From Macrostomum lignano (lineage: Eukaryota), in assembly GCA_002269645.1 (NCBI GenBank), contig NIVC01000168.1:723297-787296 (forward strand): a stretch of DNA of 64,000 nt, read 5' to 3'. The position numbers and the translations under genes are program-made. This document shows, in pieces, positions 1 through 12,000 of the stretch. Every line of letters starts with the position of its first letter. The stretch's first letter is position 1. The notes below the pieces were generated by a model. That model did not search any database. It had not been told where the DNA came from and worked only from the letters and a program-made list of their open reading frames with translations.

Positions 1-70
1 AAAGGTAAAGAACTGGAAGGAAAGCACTAATCTGTCTGAGTCGCCCGAGCAGGCTAACGGCTTCCTCGAC

Positions 71-2323
71 TTGGCAGAGGATAGCCTAACAAATGTGCTC
101 GAACGGAAAGAAGACAGATCTGTGGCATTTCTTCTGGAGCAGCTGCAGCTCAGTAGGACTAAAAAGGCAGCAAGAGTCTACTCTCAAGAGCTAATAGTTC
201 TAAGCTATATGATTTGCTCCATCAGCACCTCCGCTTACAATGCTCTGCGTGAGCAAGAAGTTCTTCCCCTCCCGTCAGTGAGAACGCTGCAAAATGTCAC
301 CAGACGAGTTGGACGGGATGGATTGAGTAGCCACGGCTACCTGCGCCTTCGAGCAAGTAAGCTGACTCAGATGGAGAAGGTGGTGCTGCTAATGGTGGAT
401 GAGATTTACATAAGCCAACCGAATCCAATACTGCGCCGGGCAAGTACGCGGAGTCGATGAATGCGGAGCGATTGCTACAACGTACTGCTGCGTCATGATT
501 AAGTCCATTGCTGGGAAGTACAAGGACATGGAGCAATGCATGCTGTGGCCAACTTAACAGCCAAGAAGCTTCACACTTGGTTTCAAGATGTGATGGAACT
601 GCTGCGAGCTTTGCATTTTACTGTGATTGCCGTCTCACTTGACAATGCTGCAGTCAATCGTAAATTCGCCACTGACTACATCTGCGACGGAGAGCTCAAG
701 ACCTCGGTCATAGACAAAACCCCGGGTCAGCCGATGTTCGTTTTCTTCGATCCTGTGCACAACCTCAAGAACATCTACAACAATTTCCAAGTCAGAAAAA
801 ACTTCCAATGTCCCGCCTTTCCACCTGTTTTGCTGCGCACTTGTGAGGCACAGTTTCAGCAAATCACTGATCTGTAGAATATCGAAGCCTGCAAAACAGT
901 GCGACTGTTTCACAAGTTGAGTCCAACTGTAATCAGCCCCCGAAGCATTGAAAAATCATCCGCGAAGTTGGCAGCGGCGGTTTTAGCGAGTCAACACGCG
1001 ACGCGCTCAAGTACTACTCCGATCACGAATGAAAGGACTGGACCGACACCGCAGAAAATTCATCGGCGCTGTGCTTAAGCTCTGGAAAATTCTTAATGTC
1101 AAGACGGTATCAAAAGGCCGGCGAAAGCGCGACATAAATCAGGATCCTGTGCGGTCATCTCTCGACTGGAAGCTTCAGTATCTGGAGGAATTCAGCGAAT
1201 TTCTTCAGGTGAGGAAAAGAAGAGAACATAAGTGTACTTACAGTACAACCAAAATAGGCCAAGTAGAGTAGAGTAGGGTATATATACTTATATAGTATAG
1301 TTTACTTTAAATAACGGACGTCTTAGTATAGTAAAAGTATATGACAAGAAAAAGAAAAGCCAGTTTAAAATTCTTTTTCATTTCACACACATAATTTCAG
1401 TCTTGGGTAACTTCCGGCAGCCGCGGCTTGTCCAGGTAGACCTTCCTGGCTTGTCGCCATACCTGCCGAGCTATCGCTGCCTTTGCGAGGCACCTTCTGG
1501 ACCGTGAAGACTTTTCCTACGTCCTACTCGGCGCCCTGCAGTCCGACAGCATCGAGCACAGATTTGGTTGGCTTCGCCAGATGTCTGGAGCGAACTATTT
1601 CATCTCGGCCAGGCAGCTCTCCGAGAGCAACCGAAAGATCGCAGCTATCAGTTGCTCAAGTTCTCGCAGTTTTCGCTCCACGATATTGACCGTGCAATCG
1701 CTGAGTCGACTTATTTTCCTGATGTTGAGTCCAACATGAAGAAACTGGCTCAGGAGATGGCAGCAAAAATGGAGATGACTTTTCAGCCCGGAGAATCCGA
1801 CTGCACTGTCATCTACTACATGAGCGGCTGCATCGCAAAGAAGCTTCTGCAGAACAGGCGTGGCTGCGAGTCCTGCCGGGAGCTTCTGCTTGAGTCAGAT
1901 GTTCTGCCTCCTCTTGAAGCAGATGCTCCGGTCCAGTCCGCTGCCTCCAATTTTATTGACGAGATCAATCGCGGCGGGTTGTCCAAGCCGGCTGCAATTG
2001 TTTTCAATCTCGTAAGCCACTGTTGGAGAATTTTTGAGGAGATTCGACAGAGCGAAACACTGCGATGCCAGCTGCTCTGCGCTTCGAGCCAGGTGCTGCT
2101 GTTCTCCAACCTCGTGGACGAGCTGATGGAGGATGGTGTCTTCATGGAAAGCTTTTTTGGTCGCACTATCTGTTCTCAAGGCCACTGCATCAAGGGCGGC
2201 GTTGTCAGGTTCTTCTTTAACTCGATGATGAAGAACCTGTCGAAGGACTTGTCAGCAGCCAGCACCGCTGCCAGAAGAAGTAGGAAGCTGGCGAAGCTTT
2301 CCAGCCTGTGCACTGACAAGTAA
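71..2323 (+). pseudogene. Decayed P-element/THAP9-family transposase, frameshifted, with an in-frame stop near 875 and one probable intron near 1209-1400
   Basis: Family motifs are spread over shifting frames: LPSVRTL, LMVDEIYI, IAVSLDNAAVNRK, FFDPVHNLKNIYNNF, HKLSPTVISPRSIEKSSAKLA, YVLLGALQSDSIEHRFGWLRQMSGANY, IYYMSGCIAKKL, GGLSKP. Probable splice sites are cag|gtgagg and atttcag|. The left terminus lies outside the window. Confidence 0.85.
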
Positions 2324-4043
2324 GGCAATGATCATATCATATTAATATTCATTGGAACTGTATAAATGGACATGTTCTCAATTGGCCAAACCGGCCTTAT
2401 CTTGCAGGGGGGTAAAAAACCTTGCGTGTCCCTGTGCTAGCTTAAGAAGTCCCTGTGCCAAGTTCACTCTGCCAAGCTCAAGCCACGTCACTACTAAGTT
2501 CCTCGCCACAGATAGTGCAGCCTCCATTCGATCACGCCACTGCCCCGAGTGGGGATCACGCCACGCCTTCACCGTCGCCACTTCATCACCATTATTGTTG
2601 CCTGCCGCAGTGCCCAAAGTACCATAGTACGGATTCAGCGCCAATCAGGCCCAGTCCCACTCTTATATTGCCGACGGGAATCTATAGCGAGCGAGCCTAA
2701 ATAACCATAATCAATTATCGCCATCGGCCATAGCCTAACAATTGTATCAACTGTGTCTAAGTCTGAGTGCTACCGCTACACAAATTGCCTCCGTTATTAT
2801 TCGTCTTCGTCATTTGATCCTGGGACTGTGTCGCCTTAATCGTCACAGACACGAAATTGTCAAATAATTTGATTTAAAGTCATGTAGTTGCTTGAAAATT
2901 GACAAACTTTCTTTTGAGAAGTTGAAAACAACGTTGCTTTGGTAGGATAAATTGATGGTTAAATTTTATTTTGTTTAATTTCATTAGAATTAAATTCATT
3001 CAAAATTCATTAAAAACGAATAAAATAGGTATTAAGTCTGTATTAAATTAGACTTCTACAAGTTTCTTTAGCACATGGGAAAGTACATGGACCCGAAAAA
3101 GTACTCACATGTACTCGTAAAACGTTAGACTAAGTACAATACAATAAAAGTACAATACAATAAGTAATTTAAGTACAATAAATTACTCGCTTTTTACATG
3201 CATACGAGTACATTTTATGCATATATAAGACGATCACTAAAATAGGATTGAAACCAGCGCTTAAATGATGGCATTCCGGATCACTGCCATCAAATGATGT
3301 TAAAATTTATATGGTCAAGCAAACTTACATGCAATTTCTCATTTTCATCGCATCATTGATCAGTCTATTATTAATGATGTCTCATTCGATGGCGATGTGA
3401 ATCAACCCTAACGATAGAAGATTCGGTGACGTATACTATAAAGTTTTCAATCAGAGATTTAATATTTACGCTCGTAGTAGCTCGTAGAATATTTTTGCAA
3501 GAATAATTTACTTCTTCTAACGGCTTTATGTTCAGCTGAGTGTCAGCTAGTGGATACAAGCCTGGAATTAATTAAGCCAAGTAGTAAAAAATATAATTCA
3601 AGTTGATATTCAAATAATAATTCGTTTGCCTGCAAGTAATAAAGCTACGCTGCAGCTCACACTGGTTTTGTAGCTATTTTCAACATTTCAAAGTTAAATT
3701 TTAAGTTCCCGACATTGGTTAATGAATTTCCACAGCTAATATGACACTATACATGTAGCTGGAACTATTTGGTTTAATAATTTGTCGCTGAGTGGCCCAT
3801 CCAGTGCATGTAACATCTAGCTCGTACTTACAGTATACGAATGGATGGCCAATTGGTCGTGTTCCATCAGAAACTTTTTTGTTAAATTGTAAAATTTAGT
3901 ACGAGTATAGTACTTAGCAACCAAAAATAAAATACAGTGTTTAAGACTCCACGAAAAAAGGATTTTTTATCACAAAAGGTAATGAGAAGGTAATCAAATT
4001 CGAATCTGCGTACAGCTTTTAATGAGTGGACGAAGAAACGTAC

Positions 4044-6010
4044 TTACGAGTTGGGCAGCAATCGGTCAATCTTCTGGAAGATTTCCACCACCTCCTCGTA
4101 CCTGGTCACGTAAGACTCTCTCATTCTCTTGTGCGCGTGCTGCAGCTGCTCCAGGTTGTTGCTGAACCTTGCGAACAGGTAGTACTCAAGGAAGTCGGCG
4201 CTCTGGTCTTCCTTCAGCTCACTGAACCAGTCATTGATGCTCTGCAAGTCCGGCAGCAGCACCGCTCGCAGGCACTTCAGCAGACAGTCGAAGTTCATGT
4301 AGAAGGCCGCCTCGTTCGGAGCCACCCTTGCAGGGAAATACTTGGCCAGGTCGAGAGTGTCGCCCTGCTCCCGCTTGAATTTATTCAGGAATTTCAACTC
4401 CGGCCGCTTGTCGCTGTGGAAGCAGTGTTTCCAGGAATAGTCGTTCGTGTAGATCTCGGCCTTGATATGATTTCGAACTTTCTTCGCATCTTGCTCACCG
4501 GACAGCTCAGAGGTGAGCGGAAGCTGGCGTCTCACTCGATGCTGAGCAGAGTTTCTCAAAATCTCCTTCGCTCCATCCATATCGTTTCTGCTCAGTCTGT
4601 ACAGAACTTTCAAGCCTTCGCGAACTGAGTACGCATTTTCCGGCATCTTGGAGACAATTTCTTCGATTTTGTTTGACTTCGGACCCTGAGCAAGATCGGT
4701 CAGTGAGTTTTCCATGAGTCGTTGAATGTCTGCGTAGCCCTGAAGTGGCAGACTTACTCTGACAGGATAGAAGTAGGGCAGGAGAGTAAACGGGTGGTAG
4801 TAGAATGGATCAACACATTCACCGAGGCTGTTTACTTTGCCGATCCCCGATACCTTTTTCAAATAGTCCCTCACATGTCTGGATAAATCATTGATGACAG
4901 ATTTAAGGCGCTCCACTAATCTTTTCTTGTCTGAATGTTCGCCTTTTAAATAGAGTTCAGCATCCTTCAGAAAGAAATGGGACATGCACGCCAGCTCGAT
5001 TTTTCTGGGCTTCTTCATCTCGGTGAGCAAGAATTGAAGAGATTCTTTTAGCAGCTCAAATAAGTTGGCTCCTGTCCAGCGGTCACGGGGGGTGTTGCTG
5101 ATCATGAAGAATAAGACGGTCTTTGCGTGATACGATTTTAAACCAGGTGCGTTCTCTGACACAACTTCTCTCAGCAGGTACTTGACCAGAATGAACAGCT
5201 GACCCTGAACCGGCAACAGGCGCTTCATAATCTCCTTCTCCACAAAGCTGGTGCTCACTCGCATCTCATTTCTTTGCTTCCCAGTGGCCTCGTTTTTTCG
5301 GTGGTTTCTGATCAGATGCAGGATGAATTTTCGTTGTTTTTTGCTTTCCAGCGCTTTAATTGCATCAACGGTAGCCGTTGGAAAATTGCTTTGACCATCC
5401 AACATTTTCATGACATCAGCTGACGCCACCGCTGCTAGAGAGCAACAGCGGAAGGCCATGACTTCGTCAGTGGCTGGTCTGAGCTCTGATTCAATTGTCG
5501 TCTCTGCTGGCTTTGATTCTAAAAGCACAAATTGTTCATCGCCCAATGTTTAATCTAACTTAAAAAGTGAGGCACAATATACGAGTAGCTATTTAACGTA
5601 TGCGAATTGCTTCTTAAAGTAAACAAACCGTTCACTCAAGCTTTGACTCACCATAACTTGGGAAAATGACGTGTCCTTCTTCATATTCATGCTGTTTAAC
5701 TCCATCACAGCCACATCCAGAAATGTGAATGATTTCAGCCTTCTCCAAATGAGTAAAATCGATGTCGGATTTGGTCAGCAATCCGTTGATGCAGTAGAGG
5801 TTTTGTCCCCAACCGTCGCCGTAGCTTCCCATGATATAAATCTCATCGTTCAGCTCTGCGATGAGCTCGCGATGCTGTTCGGCCAGACACCTCTGGAAGA
5901 TCGCCCTGGGAAAGCCGATTCCCGACTTTAGCAGCGCCTTGTACAGCTGGTCACTGCTCAAATCGACTGGATTGGATTGCTCGATGATTGTGTCACCTGA
6001 AGCTTCCAAA
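4044..6010 (-). CDS. Mab-21/cGLR nucleotidyltransferase domain plus helical C-terminal region (exons 2-3 of the fusion)
   Basis: ORFs 5632..6009 and 4044..5546 carry the N- and C-lobe motifs of the cGAS/Mab-21 family. Confidence 0.88.
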
Positions 6011-9000
6011 CTAAAACAGATCCGGACATTATTTCAATTGTAAATTTACACTACAAGCGTACTAAAAAAGAAAAATTGATAATTGACTCACCTGCTCTCG
6101 ACATCTTCAGGAGATGTGGAGGGTTGCAGAATTTTCGTTAGTTTGCTGCTTACCGACAGCCGTTTGTGCTTCTCCGACAACCTCAATGCTTCCTCGATTT
6201 GTCGGTATTCCCATTGGTTGCACACCTGGGATGCTTTAAGAGCTCCAACTGTGTCGGGACGACCGAATATAACGGCCAGCTGTAGAACGTCATATTGGTT
6301 TGAGTTCTTCGCTTTCAAAGATTGCTGAGCAGCTCTGGACGAAATAAGCAGCTGGTCCAAAACATTGTGCCTCGAAATAGCTGCATGCATGGCGGCATTG
6401 TTACCATTATGATCTTGAATGCTTAAATCTGCTTTTATCCTGAGTAGCTCCTCAACACAGTCAAAATGGCCGTATCGTATTGCCAGCATCAGTGCGGTCA
6501 TTCCATCACTGTTTTTCAAATCGATACAGCCCGTCCCTGATTCAACACAAGTGACGCTTTTCTCACCAATCAGTCTAACAACACTAGCATGACCATTCTG
6601 GGCGGCAATCATGAGTGGCGTCATTCCGTGCTCGTCCTGCTGAGTCAGATCAGCCTTGTTCTCAATTAGAAGAGTCACTGATTTATCGAAGCCCGACTTT
6701 GCAGCGGTGTACAGTGCGGACTGCTTCTCTAAATTGACGTCATTCACATTCGCCCCAGCGTTCAGAAGTTGCTCTGTAAGCTCATAGTTTCCTTTTTCAC
6801 ATGAGTTGATCAATAGTGTGTTGTTGTTCCCGTCTCGTTCATTCGCCTGCTCCTTTGATTGGATCAATGCATTAACAGAATTTTTATCTAGGAGTGAAAA
6901 TATAAATGGCAACATTAAAGAAGATAGCGCTGCTCCAGCTTCGTGCAGCAAACTATAGACCTCTGAAGCGGAGTCAGCTAAACTCAAAGCAGACTGGTTA
7001 TCATTGTTTACTTTGTTAAGATCAGCACCGGCACGAATGAGCTGTTTTACAATTTCTGATCGCTTATTGAAAGAGGCGGCCATAGTGGGAGTGCAGCCAT
7101 TTTTTCCTGGTAAGTCAATGTCTGCTGCAGATTCCAGTAGGCAGTTCGTGACAACTTCAAAACCTTCTTGACAAGCAATGTGCAATGCCGCAGCTCCGTC
7201 AGATCTCTGTGAGTCAATCGCTACTCCAGCACGAACCAGATGTTCAACCATTCGCAAATTGCACCCAAAGCAGCTACAGATAAGAGCCGTGTCTCCTTCC
7301 TTAGTTACAGCGCTTATGTCTGCTCCGCACTGAATGAGGAACATCGCAAGCTTATTGTGCCCATTGGATACTGCTCTGTGCAGTGCAGTGGATTCACCTT
7401 TTCCTGGTCTATCGATATTTTCTCCATTTCTTAGAATAATTTGAACAATTTGATCTTTTCCTGACTGCGCAGCCAAATGCAAAACAGTGTCGGACTCTGC
7501 ATCCTGAATGGTGAAATCTGCACCGTGGTTGATCAGGAGCTCAAATATTTCCAGTCGTCCACTGAACGCTGCGATGTGGAGAGCAGTTGTCAAATTGTTG
7601 TCTTTTCTATCCAAATCGATATTTTTTCTGAGCAACTCTCGCACGATAGAAATGTTTTCAGACACGACTGCGAGGTGCAGGGCGCTGGACCCGTCCTTTG
7701 TAACGGCGCCTAAATGAGCGCCCGCTGCTAACAAAGTCTGAACTGTCAAAAGATTGCCATTGAGACATGCGAGTAGCAGGGGTGTCGTGTCGTTCTTCCC
7801 CAAGATTTCCAATTTCGCACCAGCAGAAATAAGCAATCGGGCTATATCTGTGTGCCCCCACTGAGCAGCCAAGTGCAAGGCAGTGGCTCCATGACCTTCT
7901 CTGTCATTGACGTTGGCACCAGATTCAATTAGTCTTTTGACGATCTTCAAGCAACCAAAGTAGGTTGAAAGGATTAAAGCAGTATTTCCATCACTATCCT
8001 TCTTGTTTACATCAGCTCTTGCATCAATCAGTAGTTCTACTATGATTTCGTGTTTATTCGCAACAGCAAGAATGAGCGGTGTGGCCTGACCTTTGCCTTG
8101 GGCATCGATGTCACTATGTGACCGCAGTAACATTTTCGCGATTTCAAAATGACCATTTTGAGCGGCCATGTGAAGCGCGGTGCTACCATTAGCGTTTCGA
8201 ATTTTCGGATCTGCGCCGAGTTCAAGAAGGCATTTAGCGGCCTTTTCCTTGCCAAAGTAGGCTGCGATGGTGAGTGCGGTGTCGCCATCGCTGTCCTGCT
8301 TGTCGATCGAGGCACTTGCATCGAACAGGAGCTGAATAACTTCAGCGTCATCATTCAGAGCTGCAGAAATCAATGCAGTCTTTCCTTGTGCAGCCTCAGA
8401 ATCAACGGTAGCTTTTTTGCTAAGGAGAAGCCACACAACAAGTTGATGACCATTTTGGGAGGCCAGAATCAGTGGCGTAGCCTGACCTTTTCCTTTGCTG
8501 TCAATATCACCCCCAGCATCCAATAGCATTTGAACGATTTCGTAGTGACCACTTTGAGCTGCCATGTGAATAGCTGTGCTGCCGTACTCATCTCGAATGT
8601 TGACACTCGCACCCGCGTTAAGAAGCATCTCGATGACTCCTGTATTGTTGCTGAACGCAGCGGACATCAATGCTGTTCGTCCATCAAAAGCTCGAAGATC
8701 AGCATTCGCTTGCTTACTGAGCAATATTTTCACTACATCAGCGTGGCTATGCATTGCAGCCAGCATGAGTGCAGAATATCCATCATTATTTACCGCGTCA
8801 ATCAGGGCATCATTATCTAACAGTAGCTGAGCCACGTCTCCACGTCCATTTAGAGAGGCCCGAATCAGAGGTGTTGTTCCATTCTTGCCAATGGCATTTA
8901 CATTGGCCCCATGTTCGAGCAGAAATCTAGTGATCTCAGGATGCCCATTTTGAGCAGCAACATGCAGAGCTGTGCACCCGTTTCGGTCTCCGTGATTGAC

Positions 9001-12000
9001 ATCAGTTTCATCAGTAATGAGTAGCGAAACGATTACAAAGTGTCCGGAGTACGCGGCTCCAATAAGCGGAGTGTCACCTTCGAGGTTCGCCAGACTGGGA
9101 TTCGCCCCATTTGCGATCAAGAGCTCAACAATGCTGTTGTAGCCAAGCAGTGAGGCGTAGAACAAGGCCGTATTACCCATGAGATCCTGTTGATTCACAT
9201 GGGCTCCAGCCAGCAGAAGCTGAACTGACTCATGGTGACCCATGCAGCTGGCAAGGATGATCGGAGTCGCATTCCCTTTCCCGATGCAGTTTATGTCAGC
9301 GCCTTTGCTGATGAGCCATTTTATCACGTCTGTGTGGCCCGTCTGGGCTGCGAGTAAAATCGGCGTCGCCCTCTCGTTGTCTGCGGCGTTAACATCTGCA
9401 GATTTACTGACCAGCAGCTCAGCGATGTCCATTCTATTGAGCAGGGATGCTAGCAGAATGGGAGAATGGCCGTGCTTATTCTTTACATTGGGGTTCGCCC
9501 CCGCAGCCAGAAGTAGCCGAGCAATTTCGAGCGAGGAGACGAATACTGCGTAGAAGAAGGCTGTGTTGCCCTTATTGTCAGGTAAGTCAACTTTGGCGTT
9601 TTTGGAAAGCAGCAGCTCTACGCAATCTTTATGCCTACAATATGTGGCGAGTAGCAACGGTGAATCTCCGTCATCGTCAACAATGTTTACATCAGCTTGA
9701 CGCTCAATCAGAAGTTGCATAACCTCGAAGTGCCCACGAGTTGCTGCCAGCGTTATGGCGGCTGCACCGCCTTTACCTCTGGAGTTGATATCAGCGCCGG
9801 ATTCTAAAAGCAGCTTCACAACTTCAACGTGACCATTTTGTGACGCACAGTGTAGTGAGTTGTGCTTTTCATTGGCGACAGCGTGAATATTGGCCTGGTG
9901 CTTCAGAAGCAAACGGACGGCTTCTACCTGACCATCGAATGCGCTGCAAATCAACGGCGTCTCTCCAGCGTCATTTGGTAAGTTGGGATCAGCTTGGTTC
10001 TCCAGCAAGCACTCAATGACCTCAATATTTCCAACAGCTACAGCCGCCAGGAGCACAGACTGGTTGCCTAAATTTTTACTCTGCTGATTGACATTAGCAC
10101 CCATCGAAACTAGCAGGTATGTAATATCCGGGAAATTCTTGAGTACAGCAAAATGCAAAGCACTCACTCCATTTTCATCTTGATGGTCGATGTTTAAGGT
10201 CTTATCCACTAGCATTTCGACTGCTTCAAAGCAGCCCGAGTAGCAAGATAATGTTAAAGCAGAATCACTTTGAGAGTTCGTCAGATTCACATCTGCACCA
10301 GAATCCAACAGCATTTTCACCAGCTTCGGGTGTCGGTTCAGACATGCCAGCATGAGTGGTGTGGCTCCATTTTTCCCTTTCAAATTCACATCTGCACCAG
10401 CTAGCATAAGCAGGCTCGCAATCTCAAGGCTGCCATCTTGAGCAGCACAGTGCAAAGGCTGAACACCCTCTGATGCTCGAACATGGATGTCTGCTCCGTG
10501 TTTAATTAATATTTTAACAGTTTCAGCACTCTTTGAAAAGGATGCATAGTGCAGGCAAGTTGTGCCATCCGAGCTTTGCGAATTGATGTTTTTTGAAGCA
10601 GCAGCCAGCATTCTAGCGACCTCAGGATTGCCGAGAGCGCATGCCATCATTAAGGCTGTGAGTCCATGAGCAGCGTCGGTCAAATCGGGGTCTGCTTTCG
10701 CGGATAACAAAATCTCGACGGAAGCAGCGCAGCCTCGGAAGGAAGATATGGCAGCAAGCATAAGTGCTGTTACTCCATCGGAATCCTGTAAGTTTGGATT
10801 TGCTCCGGCTTCAACCAGCATTTCGACAACGGGGATTTTTTCACTCGCGCATGCCAGCATCAGGGAAGATCTTCCAAGCGCATCCTGGTGATTAATGTCT
10901 GCTCCAAATTTTATTAAAATTTCACACATTTGAGATACATAATCTTTCATACCTCTTACACAGGCAGCCATCAAGCAGCTGAGCCCATTATGATAAGCAA
11001 AATTAATCTCTGCTCCACTTATTAAAAGAAGCTCCAAGATTTCAGGCCTATTGTTTACACAAGCCGACAAAATTGCCGTGCTCGTATTCTTCCCTCGACT
11101 GTTCACATCGGCCATTGCGCCGACGAGCATTTTCACTATTGGAAGGCAGCCCTGTTGAGTAGCACAATGGATTGCACGGGCTCCTTCCGCATCTTGAATC
11201 TCTAGATCAGCACCCGCATCAATGAGCAGCTCTGCGCATGGCATTCTACAGAAATAAGCCGCAAGTATCAGTGCTGTGTTTCCATTCTTGTCTTGTTGAT
11301 TAACGGCAGCACCAGAGTTTAGTAGCATCAGAACAATGTCATCGAAGCCCCGTTCCGATGCCAAGATTAGAGCTGATTGCAGATCCAAATCTACAGCGTT
11401 CACATCAGCAGAGTACATTAGTAGTAATTGGACAATGTCGGTGAATCCTCCCATTGCAGCAACTGTCAATGGGAACTGACCAAACAATCCAGATTTATCT
11501 GGATCCGCCCCAAACGAAAGAAGCTTCAGAACTGCATCCGTGTTGTTCAGGGCACATGAAGTGAATAAAGCAGATAATCCAAAATCACTTGAGTGGTTAA
11601 CATCCACCCCTGACTCCAAGATCAGACTCAGTGTTTTGACTGACCTGCTGACAGCTGCCAAGGTCAAAGCGGAGTCGCCACTATCGTTTGTAGCGTGAGG
11701 GTCGGCACCCACAGACAGCAGCTCCTTGACTATGTCAGACCTTCCATGAAGGGACGCAATCGTAAGCGCAGTGTTTCCATTCTTTCCTCTGATTTCTAGC
11801 GCTGCTTCAGCAAGCAAAAGCAAGACGAGAACCTCGTAGTGACCATTCTGAGCCGCCATGTGCAGAGCAGTTGATCCATGACTGTCTCTGAGATTCGGAT
11901 TGGCGCCAGCTGACAGAAGCAGCGCAGTTGCCATCAGCTGGCCCGTGTAGGCGGCCAGAATGAGTGCACTGTCTCCATCCTCATCCTGATAGTTTACATC

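Noticed and set aside
4026-4628. 200-aa plus-strand ORF and other antisense ORFs over the cGLR/ANK gene and the transposase
   Set aside because: Shadow ORFs of genuine coding sequence with no recognisable motifs.
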